Counted from the stretch's first letter, positions 10,472-20,317 are shown. The stretch: 64,000 nucleotides of DNA from Patescibacteria group bacterium (GCA_026004395.1 BPJB01000001.1:519343-583342); one strand, 5' to 3'. Notes: generated by a model from the sequence alone, not told the origin. Translations and numbers: made by a program.

Positions 10472-11690
10472 TAAGAATCACAAGATTTTATATGTTGGGA
10501 AGGCAAAAGATCTAAAAGCTCGAGTTTCATCGTATTTTAATTCTCCTTCATCACTTGGTCCTAAGACCGCAACATTAGTAGAAAAAATCAAGTTCATTCG
10601 CATAACAGTTGTAGAGTCTGAGATTGAATCTCTTCTGCTTGAAGCTTTTTATATAAAGAAATATAAGCCTAAATATAATGTCAGACTTACAGATAATAAA
10701 TCATATCCTCTAGTTAGAATCACAATAAATCAAAAATATCCCGCAGTTCTTCTCGCAAGACGAATGGATGATCCAGATTCTTTGTACTTTGGCCCATTTC
10801 CCAATCCTTCTGCAGTAAGAATTGTCCTTAAGACTATAAGAAGAATCTTTCCTTTTGTCTCTGTACTAAATCACCCCAAAAGAACATGCCTTTATTATCA
10901 TCTTGGACTTTGTCCCTGTCCTCCTGTTAATGATTCCCCAGAACTTTATAAGTCATATAAATTGACAATTAAAAGAATAATTAGCATGTTTGAAGGAAAC
11001 TCAAAAAAACTTATAAAAGAGTTGGAGAAAGAAAGAGATAAAAAAAGCAAAGCTGAAAAATTTGAAGATGCACAAATGCTACAAAAGCAGATTAATGCTC
11101 TTTCACTTATTACCCATCCAGTTCACCAACCGTTTGAATACCATATTAACCCAAATTTGACAACAGATCTCAGAACACAGGAAATCAACGAACTTAAAGA
11201 TATTCTCAATGCTCATGGATATTCCATTACTAAACTTTTGAAAATTGAGTGTTTTGATATCTCTAATATTCAGGGAAAACACGCGACTGGCTCTCAAGTA
11301 GTGTTTGTCAATGGTGAGAAAGAAAGTTCTCTTTACAGACGGTATAGAGTAAAAATAGATGGCAAACCTAATGATTTTGCAATGATGAAGGAAGTAATAA
11401 GTAGAAGATTTAAAAATAAGCAGTGGGAATATCCTGATCTTGTCATAGTAGATGGGGGAAAAGGACAAATTTCATCAGCTTTAAAAGCAATGCAAGAGTT
11501 ATCTGTTACTTGCCCTGTAATAGGTCTGGCAAAACGAGAGGAAACTATCATTACGTCAACATTTAAAGAAATTTCTCTACCAAAAAACTCATTAGCACTG
11601 AAGCTTATTATGCGTATTCGCGATGAAGCTCATAGATTTGCAATTTTTTATCATAGAAAATTAAGAAGCAAATACGCACTTCAGAGTTAA
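10392..11690 (+). CDS. uvrC: Excinuclease ABC subunit C (UvrC), short form lacking the C-terminal (HhH)2 domain
   Basis: GIY-YIG motif GVYVFLDKNHKILYVGKAKDL..R. A Cys-rich region, a UvrBC-interaction region, and an RNase H-like endonuclease domain (DLVIVDGGKGQ, DEAHRF). It stops right after the HRKLR segment, where E. coli UvrC continues into an HhH domain. The annotated start overlaps the upstream gene by 80 nt, so the true start is uncertain. Confidence 0.88.
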   Translation: MEVLELEYSRSSYSSLPSKPGVYVFLDKNHKILYVGKAKDLKARVSSYFNSPSSLGPKTATLVEKIKFIRITVVESEIESLLLEAFYIKKYKPKYNVRLTDNKSYPLVRITINQKYPAVLLARRMDDPDSLYFGPFPNPSAVRIVLKTIRRIFPFVSVLNHPKRTCLYYHLGLCPCPPVNDSPELYKSYKLTIKRIISMFEGNSKKLIKELEKERDKKSKAEKFEDAQMLQKQINALSLITHPVHQPFEYHINPNLTTDLRTQEINELKDILNAHGYSITKLLKIECFDISNIQGKHATGSQVVFVNGEKESSLYRRYRVKIDGKPNDFAMMKEVISRRFKNKQWEYPDLVIVDGGKGQISSALKAMQELSVTCPVIGLAKREETIITSTFKEISLPKNSLALKLIMRIRDEAHRFAIFYHRKLRSKYALQS

Positions 11691-13051
11691 TTGCGAACAA
11701 TTGTGTAAGTAGTTGGGAAGTAAAGAAATGCAGCTGGGGACTCTTCTAAAAGAAAGCGCTGAAAATCAGCATAAATTTTCTTACGTTTTTGGATATCTAT
11801 TGTCTTTCTTCCATCCTCCAATAGTTTATCAATTCTTAGGTTATTAAGTTTAGTAATATTTGTTTTGTATCGTTGACTTGAGTGCCAAAGCACATACTGA
11901 TCCGGATCCTTAGGGATAGTAAAATCTCCAAGATAAACCTGAAAAGATTCAGGAACTGATGATACTTCCTCAATGCGTGTTTGGATACCAATACTTTTCC
12001 ATGAGTTGGCAATAATCTGAGCATCTTTTCTATAACGCTTAAGTGTTTTAATAGTTAGTTGCAATTTACCACTTGCTGATGCGCTATTTTTTACTGCATC
12101 TATAAGTAATTTTGCATGTTCCAGATCTTGGGTAGGCTTTTCTATATCACGGTTATAATAGTAAGACTTTGGAGAATAAGGAAGGTATGCTCTCTCACCG
12201 CCATCAAATGAATTTGGCAGTGCAAAGGTAAGACCACGACGCAGTTTGGTTTCTGACAAAAAACTATCTGACGTGTTGTAAAAAAGGGTGACAAGTCGAT
12301 TGTAATTTGTTTGTCGAGTAAATTTAACATTTGGAAAAGAAATCAAAGAAGAGTTATGTATGATTGGATCATTAATATCAGTTATTTTTGTTGTTTCGCC
12401 AAGCAGAAATGACATTTTTACAGCTTCTTGGTTTGGGTAAAAGATGTAAGTTTGGTTTTTAACTTCTTTATCTGCTGATCTTATGGTAAGTGATGATATA
12501 AACTCCCCATTGAGTTCAATATCAGTTACTTTTATTTTTCCAACTCCAATAAGTCCCTTTCTAAAAATGGGACGTGAAACTGTTACCAAAAAAGGGGAGT
12601 AAGCATCCTTAAGTTTATAAATTAGAGTATAGTCATCAGGTCTTTCAACTTTCACATCCTCAAATTTATAGTTAATCTTATCGGAGGTAACTTTTTCTCC
12701 ATTGGAGAATGTTAGATTTTCTTGAAGATAAAAAATATAAGTTTTCCCTCCATCTTCAATTTTCCACGACTTGGCGATATCTGGTCTCACAATACCATTG
12801 TTATCTACTTTTGTAAGTCCTCGCGAAAGTTGTGAAGTAAAAAAATATGGTAGAGTATTTAATTGATATGCTCCCACAACTCCTATTCTTTCTTTACGTT
12901 GAGGAAGTAAGTGAGAAAAGTAACGGCCTATCGTAATAAGCAGTACAAAGATTAAAAGTCCTGCCAAAAATGACAAAAATAAATTTTTCCCCCATTTTTT
13001 TAAATAGGCTTTTAAAAGCCAAATTAATAATCGCTTTCTCACTATGGTCAT
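11687..13051 (-). CDS. Extracellular solute-binding protein, family 5 (peptide/nickel ABC-type SBP-like), N-terminal membrane anchor
   Basis: N-terminal TM helix followed by the motif W.IEDGGKTYIFYLQENLTFSNGEKVTSDKINYKFED, which is typical of family 5 substrate-binding proteins. Confidence 0.55.
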   Translation of the reverse strand: MTIVRKRLLIWLLKAYLKKWGKNLFLSFLAGLLIFVLLITIGRYFSHLLPQRKERIGVVGAYQLNTLPYFFTSQLSRGLTKVDNNGIVRPDIAKSWKIEDGGKTYIFYLQENLTFSNGEKVTSDKINYKFEDVKVERPDDYTLIYKLKDAYSPFLVTVSRPIFRKGLIGVGKIKVTDIELNGEFISSLTIRSADKEVKNQTYIFYPNQEAVKMSFLLGETTKITDINDPIIHNSSLISFPNVKFTRQTNYNRLVTLFYNTSDSFLSETKLRRGLTFALPNSFDGGERAYLPYSPKSYYYNRDIEKPTQDLEHAKLLIDAVKNSASASGKLQLTIKTLKRYRKDAQIIANSWKSIGIQTRIEEVSSVPESFQVYLGDFTIPKDPDQYVLWHSSQRYKTNITKLNNLRIDKLLEDGRKTIDIQKRKKIYADFQRFLLEESPAAFLYFPTTYTIVRN

Positions 13052-13057
13052 AGTTTT

Positions 13058-13279
13058 TTATCGGGGAAGAAGAAGAGCAATTGAGATAATACCAAGAACT
13101 ATAGCCAAAAATGCTGTAGCATAAACTAAAAATTTTTCAACAGAGTGTTTACTGCGATACATCTCTCCTCCACCACCAAAAACAGGAGAAAGACCTCCTC
13201 CTTGAGATTGAAGTAAGATAGTGATTATCAATAAGACAGCAACTATTATTTGAAGTACTTGTAATATTTGTAAAAACAC
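13058..13279 (-). CDS. secG: Preprotein translocase subunit SecG
   Basis: 73 aa with two TM helices and a central LLQSQGGGLSPVFGGGG glycine-rich loop, characteristic of SecG. Confidence 0.75.
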   Translation of the reverse strand: MFLQILQVLQIIVAVLLIITILLQSQGGGLSPVFGGGGEMYRSKHSVEKFLVYATAFLAIVLGIISIALLLPR

Positions 13280-13291
13280 AGATTAATATTA

Positions 13292-14272
13292 TTATATATG
13301 TTTTAGGATTAGTTCTGCAAGCTTTTTGGGATCATGATATAAAGGAAATTCTTCATTTACAAGATCTTCCTGCAAAATGTTATATTTACCTTGTAATAAA
13401 GTATCATCATCTGGAGTATACTGTACATAATCATAATGATAAGCAGTAGGAATTGGTACTGTATAATTGTTATTAACAATTATTGAATCAAAGGGAAATA
13501 TTCCCAAATGTTTTTCCACTGCACGGACAAAATCAGATACAGAGTAACCAGTTGTTTCAAAAGGTTTATTGGCTAAATTGATGATAAAAAAATTTTTAAC
13601 CGGAGTCTTCTTAAGAAAATCAGATATTTCCGGTATAACTAAAACAGGTAAAATTGTGGTATATAAATCTCCCGGACCTGCTATTATCAGGTCTGCATTT
13701 TTAAGAGCGTTAATCACTTTACTATTTATTCGTGGGTGTTGAGGAATAAGTCTAATAGAATCAAGAACTCTTTTACCATCATATTTGCCAAGATCTATGG
13801 CCTCTTCGCCATGTACTTCAATCCCTTCAATTGTTGTTGCTGAGATTGAAACTGCTTCGTTAGTTGCAGGATAGATATTGCCATGAATTGTAAATAATTG
13901 TTGAATTTTTTCTATTGCAGTATCAAAAGATCCTGTAATATCTCTAGCCGCAACCATTATCAAATTTCCCAATTTGTGACCTGCAAGATCATTATCACTC
14001 CCATAGCGATCGCCAGGAAAACGATAAGTAAGAAGTTTTTCAATAAATTTTGTTTTGTCATCTGAAAGTGCAGCCATGCATGAGACAATGTCTCCAGGAG
14101 GGAAAATGTTGTATTTTCTCCTTAATCTTCCTGATGATCCTCCATCATCAGCCATAGAAACAACTGCTGTAATTTTTTGTGTAAATAATTTAAGTCCTTT
14201 TATCAAATTGACTGTGCCAATACCACCGCCAAGACAAACAACGTGTGGCTGTGCTATTTTTCGATAAGCCAT
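13292..14272 (-). CDS. YvcK/CofD-family protein (UPF0052, gluconeogenesis factor-like)
   Basis: VVCLGGGIGTVNLIKGLK followed by ITAVVSMADDGGSSGRLRR, the YvcK/CofD signature. The start was trimmed to the internal Met (MAYRK) because the longer ORF overlaps the upstream gene. Confidence 0.8.
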   Translation of the reverse strand: MAYRKIAQPHVVCLGGGIGTVNLIKGLKLFTQKITAVVSMADDGGSSGRLRRKYNIFPPGDIVSCMAALSDDKTKFIEKLLTYRFPGDRYGSDNDLAGHKLGNLIMVAARDITGSFDTAIEKIQQLFTIHGNIYPATNEAVSISATTIEGIEVHGEEAIDLGKYDGKRVLDSIRLIPQHPRINSKVINALKNADLIIAGPGDLYTTILPVLVIPEISDFLKKTPVKNFFIINLANKPFETTGYSVSDFVRAVEKHLGIFPFDSIIVNNNYTVPIPTAYHYDYVQYTPDDDTLLQGKYNILQEDLVNEEFPLYHDPKKLAELILKHI

Positions 14273-14697
14273 CTTATTCCTCCTACTAAAGCAGCCAGAA
14301 CAATTGCTGAGAGAACGAAAGCAAAAAAAGTATTTAACGAAATAGATGGGATGACAAATCCCAACCATTCAATTCTTGGATATGAAAACGCGTGGACAAT
14401 TATACCAGGAACAAAAATTGTCAACAAATAGAGAAGTAATGAATTGGTTATTATCGAAAATAATCCAAGAGTAAGAAGATTAAGAGGAAATGAAAGAATA
14501 TTCAATATTGGCTTGAGGACAAGATAAATTACTGTGAGGACAAAACCGCCAAAAAGAAGAGTCGTAATTCCTCCATGGATTAATACGCCCGGGATGATTT
14601 TAGGTAATAAAAACAAAGCCAATACGTGAATAACAGTATTTCTTAAAATACTCTTCATCGGTAAAATGATCGTAGCAAGCAACTGATCAGATGTCAA
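14254..14697 (-). CDS. DUF360 / phage-holin-4_2-like small membrane protein (YvlD-like)
   Basis: 147 aa with 4 TM helices. The LNLLTLGLFSIITN motif matches the LTLGLF signature of the DUF360 family. Confidence 0.5.
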   Translation of the reverse strand: MTSDQLLATIILPMKSILRNTVIHVLALFLLPKIIPGVLIHGGITTLLFGGFVLTVIYLVLKPILNILSFPLNLLTLGLFSIITNSLLLYLLTIFVPGIIVHAFSYPRIEWLGFVIPSISLNTFFAFVLSAIVLAALVGGIRWLIEK

Positions 14698-14709
14698 ACA
14701 AATATCTAC

Positions 14710-15957
14710 TTGTCAGATAAGGATGTATTGGAGTATTATAGTACAGATATATCCTATTCCATGAACACTATCACATGTCCAAGCTGCGGAAAAGAGGTAG
14801 AAATCAGTCAAGCTCTTCGACATCAAATTGAAGATCAATTACTTGCTGATATCAACGAAAAACACAAAAAAGAGCTTGAGATTGTAAAACAACAAGCAGA
14901 AGAAATAGCACTCAAAAAAGCTACAGCAACACTCGAACTACAACTTAAAAATGCAGAAAACGAAGCACGCGATACAAAAAAACAAAATCAAGAACTCAAA
15001 CAGGAACTTCTTAATTTGAGCAAACAACTTCGAGAATTGCAAGAAAGAGACGATAAAAGAGAAATTGAGATGGCAAAACGTCTCCTTCAAGAACGGCAAA
15101 AATTACATGATGAGTTAAGCAGATCAATCCACGAAAAAGCAGAACTGGAAAAAATGGAACTTAAAAAACAGCTTGAAGATACAAAGCGCGCTCTTGAAGA
15201 AGCTCAGCGAAAAGCCAACCAAACTTCACAACAATTACAAGGAGAGGTGATGGAGTTAAATCTTGAGGAGATATTAAAGGAAACATTTCCAGACGATGTG
15301 ATTACTCCTGTTGGAAAAGGAATGAGTGGAGCAGATATAAGGCAAATTGTGAAAACCAAACGTGGCTCAGTTTGTGGAGAGATTCTCATAGAAAGCAAAA
15401 GAACAAAAATCTGGTCAGATGAATGGATCAGTAAATTAAAGGCGGATATAAGATCACAAAAAGCAAGTGTTGGGATAATCATCACCTCTGCATTACCGAA
15501 AGGAATAAAAAGTGATTTTGGATATCTGGATGGAATATACGTCTCATCTTTTAGAAGTTTTTTACCATTTTTGGAGTTAATTCGACAAAAATTAATTGAG
15601 GTCGCTTACCAAAAATTCGTATTTGAAAACAAAGAAGAAAAAGCTGATTTTTTGTATGAGTACGTTACAGGGTATGAGTTCAGACAACAAATAGAATCAC
15701 TGGCTGAGGTATATCAAGAACAAATTGATCAAATTACAAAAGAGAGAGCAGCATTTGAGCGTATCTGGAAAGTAAGAGAATCTCAAGCTAAACGTATTTT
15801 GTTAAGCACGACAAATATTTATGGTTCTATGCAAGGCATATTGGGTGGATCTCTGCCAACTCTAAAATCACTGGATACGTTTGAGCTTGACAGTACTACA
15901 GATCAAATGCGATTATTAGATAGTGAGAACGATAAGAAATCAACACCCAACGTTTGA
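14710..15957 (+). CDS. Zinc-ribbon plus coiled-coil protein, DUF2130-like
   Basis: N-terminal C4 zinc ribbon (CPSCGKEVE...), a long Glu/Lys/Gln-rich coiled-coil, and a C-terminal globular domain. This architecture is as in DUF2130 proteins. Confidence 0.35.
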   Translation: MSDKDVLEYYSTDISYSMNTITCPSCGKEVEISQALRHQIEDQLLADINEKHKKELEIVKQQAEEIALKKATATLELQLKNAENEARDTKKQNQELKQELLNLSKQLRELQERDDKREIEMAKRLLQERQKLHDELSRSIHEKAELEKMELKKQLEDTKRALEEAQRKANQTSQQLQGEVMELNLEEILKETFPDDVITPVGKGMSGADIRQIVKTKRGSVCGEILIESKRTKIWSDEWISKLKADIRSQKASVGIIITSALPKGIKSDFGYLDGIYVSSFRSFLPFLELIRQKLIEVAYQKFVFENKEEKADFLYEYVTGYEFRQQIESLAEVYQEQIDQITKERAAFERIWKVRESQAKRILLSTTNIYGSMQGILGGSLPTLKSLDTFELDSTTDQMRLLDSENDKKSTPNV

Positions 15958-16555
15958 ACATGAAAAAATTTTGTGGAAGAATGGTTATAATAATGTAGCA
16001 GGCATTGATGAGGTAGGCAGGGGTGCATTTGCAGGTCCTCTTGTCGCAGCAGGTGTGATATTTCCCAAGGATTCCTTTATTCTTGAGTCTTTGCTTTCTG
16101 ATGTTCAAGATTCTAAACTACTTAGCGCATCCAAAAGACAAGTTCTTTCTCAGAAAATTAAAAAATATGCGCTTCAATGGCAAATAGTTACAGTGGATGT
16201 TGATTTCATAAATAAATTTGGAGTTGGTAAAGCTACTTCTTTTGCATTTGATGAAATTATTAAGCTATTGAAACCTGATTTTGCTCTACTGGATGCATTT
16301 TCTGCACCGTCATTTCCACAAACACTACAAAAACCTCTTATTCGCGGTGATTCACTCTCAATATCAATAGCATCTGCTTCTATTATTGCTAAAGTTTATA
16401 GAGATGAACTTATGATCAAATATCATTCTCAATTTCCAGATTATAATTTTAGAACTAACAAAGGATACGGGACTGAACAACATCGCAAATACCTGCGTCA
16501 AAAAGGATTATGTCCCTTGCACAGAACGTCTTTTAACCTCTCCCGTTTTATTTAG
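15923..16555 (+). CDS. rnhB: Ribonuclease HII
   Basis: VAGIDEVGRGAFAGPLVAAGVIFP catalytic motif. The start codon is GTG, and the ORF overlaps the previous ORF's end by 35 nt. Confidence 0.9.
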   Translation: MRTIRNQHPTFEHEKILWKNGYNNVAGIDEVGRGAFAGPLVAAGVIFPKDSFILESLLSDVQDSKLLSASKRQVLSQKIKKYALQWQIVTVDVDFINKFGVGKATSFAFDEIIKLLKPDFALLDAFSAPSFPQTLQKPLIRGDSLSISIASASIIAKVYRDELMIKYHSQFPDYNFRTNKGYGTEQHRKYLRQKGLCPLHRTSFNLSRFI

Positions 16556-16720
16556 TGACTCACTTGACATTTATAAACATTTAGTCTTAATATGGAATTA
16601 GTGATCTCATCTTTATTATTAAATAAGTCAGATTTAATGAATTGAATTTCTGTACTTAATTGATAAGGGAATTAACCACGAACACTTAGAAGATACAAGG
16701 ACGGAAGGAGGTGAATAAGA

Positions 16721-16930
16721 ATGAATGCAAAAACATTAGCTTGGTGGCTAGTAATAGTAGGTGCTCTTAACTGGCTTTTAGTAGGACTTGGTGGCCTCGC
16801 AGGTGGTGCAGGATGGAATCTGGTTGCACTGCTATTTGGCTCTGTCCCGGTACTTGAGAATCTTGTGTATGTAGTTGTTGGACTATCTGGAGTTTGGTTT
16901 GTTTGGGACAAGCTCGGAGGTAAAAAATAA
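16721..16930 (+). CDS. DUF378 family small membrane protein
   Basis: 69 aa with two TM helices and a WWLVIVGALNWLLVG motif. A strong SD (GGAAGGAGGTG) lies 8 nt upstream. Confidence 0.6.
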   Translation: MNAKTLAWWLVIVGALNWLLVGLGGLAGGAGWNLVALLFGSVPVLENLVYVVVGLSGVWFVWDKLGGKK

Positions 16931-16955
16931 TCAGATATCTTTATGAGATTATCTG

Positions 16956-16990
16956 CGAGCCGTGATCTTTCACGGCTCGTTAAATTCTTT
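16956..16990. terminator. Bidirectional rho-independent terminator between the DUF378 gene and htpX
   Basis: 9 bp GC-rich stem (CGAGCCGTG / CACGGCTCG) with a 6 nt loop, followed by a T-rich tract. Confidence 0.55.
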
Positions 16991-17037
16991 CTCTACAACT
17001 ATTGCCTCGTAAAACATTTAAAAGATTTAAAATATAC

Positions 17038-17877
17038 TTAAAGAGATAATAGCCGTTTTACTCGTTCATCTACTGGAGGGTGAGTAGAAAAAAGATTCAA
17101 CAGTGTTCCACCAACTCCACCAATAGGATTATCAATATAAAGTGATGAATAAGCTGGATTGATATGCATAGGTGATTTCTTGGTTGATGCATGAATTGCT
17201 AGAAGAGCATTAGCTAGAGGTTTTCCATCTCCTATAGTTTTAGCGCCTGCTTCATCTGCACCAAATTCACGCTGTCTTGATATTGCTAATTGAATAATAG
17301 ATGCTGCAATAGGTATAAGGAGTGCAATTAAAAGACCGACTATTCCTGCACTTCGATTTTCCTCATTATTATTCCTGCCAAATCCGCCGTAAAGTCCCAT
17401 GTTAGCAATGAATGAGATTGAGCTAGCAAGAACTGCAGCAATTGAGGATATAAGAATATCTCTGTTTTTGACATGAGCCAGCTCATGGGCAAGAACACCC
17501 CTGAGCTCTTCTTTGGAAAGCACATCAAGTATCCCTTCTGTTACCGCAACTGATGCATGATTTGGATCTCTACCTGTAGCAAATGCGTTTGCTTGTTTAG
17601 TAGGTACAATATAGAGCTTGGGCATAGGAATATTCATTTTGCGTGTTAGTTCTTCAATAATTTGATAAAGCTCTGGGGCTTCTGATTTTTTTAATGGTTT
17701 TGCACCACTTGCTGCAAGAGCTAGACGATCAGAAAAAAAATAGGCAGAACCATTGACAATAAGTGAGAATATAAATGCAAATAATATACCATCTCTACCG
17801 CCAACTAAACCTCCAACGGTAATAAAAAGTACGCTTAGAATACCAAGAAGTAAAATTGTTTTAACATAATTTTGCAT
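17038..17877 (-). CDS. htpX: Zinc metalloprotease HtpX (M48 family)
   Basis: HEXXH motif in LAHELAHVKNRD. Four TM helices. Length and topology are typical of HtpX. Confidence 0.9.
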   Translation of the reverse strand: MQNYVKTILLLGILSVLFITVGGLVGGRDGILFAFIFSLIVNGSAYFFSDRLALAASGAKPLKKSEAPELYQIIEELTRKMNIPMPKLYIVPTKQANAFATGRDPNHASVAVTEGILDVLSKEELRGVLAHELAHVKNRDILISSIAAVLASSISFIANMGLYGGFGRNNNEENRSAGIVGLLIALLIPIAASIIQLAISRQREFGADEAGAKTIGDGKPLANALLAIHASTKKSPMHINPAYSSLYIDNPIGGVGGTLLNLFSTHPPVDERVKRLLSL

Positions 17878-18113
17878 ACTAAAATTTTATCATATATAGT
17901 CAAGAAGCAATAGTTGGAAGCTTGGGAAATTTTTATAAATTACCAATAGACTTCAAGGTTTAATAATTTTCACTTGGAAAATATCAGATAAATAGATCAT
18001 ATTTATCTTAAATGTTTTAAAAGAAACTTTCTTAATTAGAGAGTTGCTTCTTATTAGTTTAATGAATTTAAATAATCTTCTGACAATATATTAGAAAGTG
18101 CTAATATATTATT

Positions 18114-18395
18114 ATGAATATAATTCTTTCTGCATTATGCAACCCTACTAGATTACAACTTATCCAATGTATCTCCCAAAAACCCAAAAGTGTTAGTGAG
18201 ATGATTTCAATTTGCGGACTTTCTCAATCAGCAGTATCACAACATTTAGCGAAATTGCGTCGAGCTGGTCTTGTCATAACAGAAAAAAAAGGAAAAACCG
18301 TTTATTACCATTTGGCATATCCACAATTAGGAGATCTTTCCTCTAAGTTGCAAAGATTTATTCAGGAGGTGGGAATGTGGGTAAGCAAAAAATAA
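18114..18395 (+). CDS. ArsR/SmtB-family transcriptional regulator
   Basis: 93 aa winged-HTH protein with SVSEMISICGLSQSAVSQHLAKLRRAGLV and KGKTVYYHL. Confidence 0.85.
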   Translation: MNIILSALCNPTRLQLIQCISQKPKSVSEMISICGLSQSAVSQHLAKLRRAGLVITEKKGKTVYYHLAYPQLGDLSSKLQRFIQEVGMWVSKK

Positions 18396-18642
18396 AACAT
18401 GTTAAATTGTATGCAACATTAAGTTGTCCATACTGCAAAATGGAGAAAGCCTGGCTTGATGAGAAAAAATCAAACATGAAATAGTTTTCGTAGATTTAAA
18501 TCCTATAGAAGCTGAAAAGATGGTCTTAAAAACAGGTCAAATGGGTGTTCCGGTAACCGAAATTCAGTTTGAAGACTCTAATCCAGAATACATTGTTGGT
18601 TTTGATGTACCAAGACTTTCACAAGTGTTAGGTATTGTATAA
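18377..18642 (+). pseudogene. Glutaredoxin/NrdH-like thioredoxin-fold gene, frameshifted
   Basis: GTG start with an AGGAGG SD 7 nt upstream. It reads MGKQKIKHVKLYATLSCPYCKMEKAWLDEKK, then a stop. The reading frame resumes in the +1 frame after an A6 run (18464-18469) as IKHEIVFVDLNPIEAEKMVLKTGQMGVPVTEIQFED...VLGIV. The CPYC active site is present. Confidence 0.6.
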
Positions 18643-18645
18643 ATT

Positions 18646-18951
18646 ATGTTTGGAAATGGAGAAAATATTCCCTCAGTAGAGGTAGAAGAAGTAAAACAGG
18701 CTCTAGATGCTAATAAAGACGTTATACTTCTTGACGTAAGAACGGAAGCAGAGTACCAAAAAGGCATCTTAATCACAGCATTCATTTGCCTCTTACTATG
18801 CATTTGAAAACGCAGAAAAATTCTCAGAGACAAAAAATAAATTATTTATATTTATTGCCTCAGCGGTTCACGCAGTATTTATGCAACTAAGAACTTGCGT
18901 AAGATGGGATATGAAAATGCATTAAAATATAAATCTCATAGATCAATGTAA
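18646..18951 (+). pseudogene. Single-domain rhodanese (sulfurtransferase) gene with about three frameshifts
   Basis: Frame 1 gives MFGNGENIPSVEVEEVKQALDANKDVILLDVRTEAEYQKG. The shifted frames give HLNHSIHLPL, then YAFENAEKFSETKNKLFIF, then YCLSGSRSIYATKNLRKMGYENALKYKSHRSM. The last carries the rhodanese active-site loop CxSGxRS. The shifts fall at A/T homopolymer runs. Confidence 0.6.
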
Positions 18952-18966
18952 TTAGGTATTAGATCA

Positions 18967-19377
18967 ATGAAAGTTTTCTGTGTTACAATAAGTAGTATGA
19001 AAGTTGCTAAACTTGGAGATCTCGAAAAAAAAGTAATGGATATTGTCTGGGAAAAGAAAAAATGCACTACACGTGATGTAGTACAGAATCTAAAAACCAA
19101 TAGACACTTAGCATATACAACTGTTGCGACAATACTCCAGCGACTTTGGCATAAAGGACTTGTTATCAGAAAGGAAAGTAAAACAGGCTATATCTACTCT
19201 CCGAAAGTTTCTAAAGACAGATACAGCAAGAGTATCGCTCAATCATTTTTGAAAAGCTTCATCAACTCATATGGAGATACTGCAATTGCTTCATTTGTTG
19301 ATAGCATAGAAAAGCTTCCGAATGCAAAACGAAACTATTTTTTAAAGCTGCTGGAAGAACATGGTAAAAATAAATAA
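18967..19377 (+). CDS. BlaI/MecI/CopY-family transcriptional repressor
   Basis: Winged-helix motif VMDIVWEKKKCTTRDVVQNL...YTTVATILQRLWHKGLV typical of penicillinase-repressor-family proteins. The true start is probably the internal Met (MKVAKLGDLEKKVM). Confidence 0.85.
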   Translation: MKVFCVTISSMKVAKLGDLEKKVMDIVWEKKKCTTRDVVQNLKTNRHLAYTTVATILQRLWHKGLVIRKESKTGYIYSPKVSKDRYSKSIAQSFLKSFINSYGDTAIASFVDSIEKLPNAKRNYFLKLLEEHGKNK

Positions 19378-20317
19378 AAATCTTGCTCTATTTGGAGGTT
19401 TACTTCTTTTTCTAGGAACACTTCTTGCTTTTATATTGAAAAAAATTTTTCCGTTCATAGATCATGTGTCATATTATTGTCAAACTCTTCTTAATTCTCA
19501 GATGAATCCCATTCCTTATTACTTAAGTATTATTCCTATCTTGGGTCTTTTTTTAATTCTAGCGATTGCTATTTTTAAATTTTTGATTTTAATTGCAAAA
19601 GTTGAATACTTAAAACATACACTCAAAGTTAAAATAACTGTGAAAAAATCAATCAGTAATCTTATAAAGGATCTTAATTTGGAAGAAAAAACAATAGTTA
19701 TAAAAACTAATGAAAAATTTGCTTATTGCCTAGGGATAAAAAGCCCAAAAATTTATATCTCAACAGGGATCATTTCACGCTTGTCACAAAAAGAGCTAGA
19801 AGCAGTATTGCGACATGAGCAATATCATATAGAAAACCACGATACGTTTACCATGATTATTGCTTCTGTTGTCCATTCTCTCTTTCCCTTTTTTCCAATC
19901 CTTGACGATCTAATCAAAAAGTATCGAATAGAACGGGAAATAAGAGCAGATAAATTCGCCATTCAACATTTAGGAGAGTCATCCGCACTAATATCAGCAC
20001 TGAAAAAATTACTCACATTTCCAACAACTGGTAACACTCTAATGACAGCAATAGCCGATCAAGATACACTTGAACCAAGAATCTTTTCTTTGATTAAGAG
20101 AAAAGATGTAAAATATCCCTTTCGCTTAAGAAATATCTTCATTACTATTTTTTCTTCATTAGTTATTTTTGTATTCACAGTCTCACCGGTTCAAGCTCAG
20201 GAAATTCATCATGATGAACACGATTTACTTTTGATCTGCACTAATACCTCATGTATGAACTCCTGTATAAATAATGACAACCTAGATAAGTTCTATTCTG
20301 AGATTCTAAAAAAATAA
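19361..20317 (+). CDS. BlaR1/MecR1-like M56-family membrane metallopeptidase lacking a penicillin-binding sensor domain
   Basis: TM helices and the HEXXH motif LRHEQYHIENHD in the M56 arrangement. The short Cys-rich C-terminal segment is not a transpeptidase-like sensor. Confidence 0.8.
   Translation: MVKINKNLALFGGLLLFLGTLLAFILKKIFPFIDHVSYYCQTLLNSQMNPIPYYLSIIPILGLFLILAIAIFKFLILIAKVEYLKHTLKVKITVKKSISNLIKDLNLEEKTIVIKTNEKFAYCLGIKSPKIYISTGIISRLSQKELEAVLRHEQYHIENHDTFTMIIASVVHSLFPFFPILDDLIKKYRIEREIRADKFAIQHLGESSALISALKKLLTFPTTGNTLMTAIADQDTLEPRIFSLIKRKDVKYPFRLRNIFITIFSSLVIFVFTVSPVQAQEIHHDEHDLLLICTNTSCMNSCINNDNLDKFYSEILKK

Noticed and set aside
16672-16911. 79 aa minus-strand ORF (Pro/Thr/Ser-rich) overlapping the DUF378 gene
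   Set aside because: It is antisense to a gene with a strong SD and clear membrane-protein features. Its low-complexity composition is typical of spurious frames.
18940-18966. Direct repeat TAGATCAATG x2 just upstream of the BlaI-family repressor gene, considered as an autoregulatory operator
   Set aside because: It lacks the CTACA/TGTAG dyad found at the three downstream operators and is only a 10-mer. I cannot support a regulatory call.
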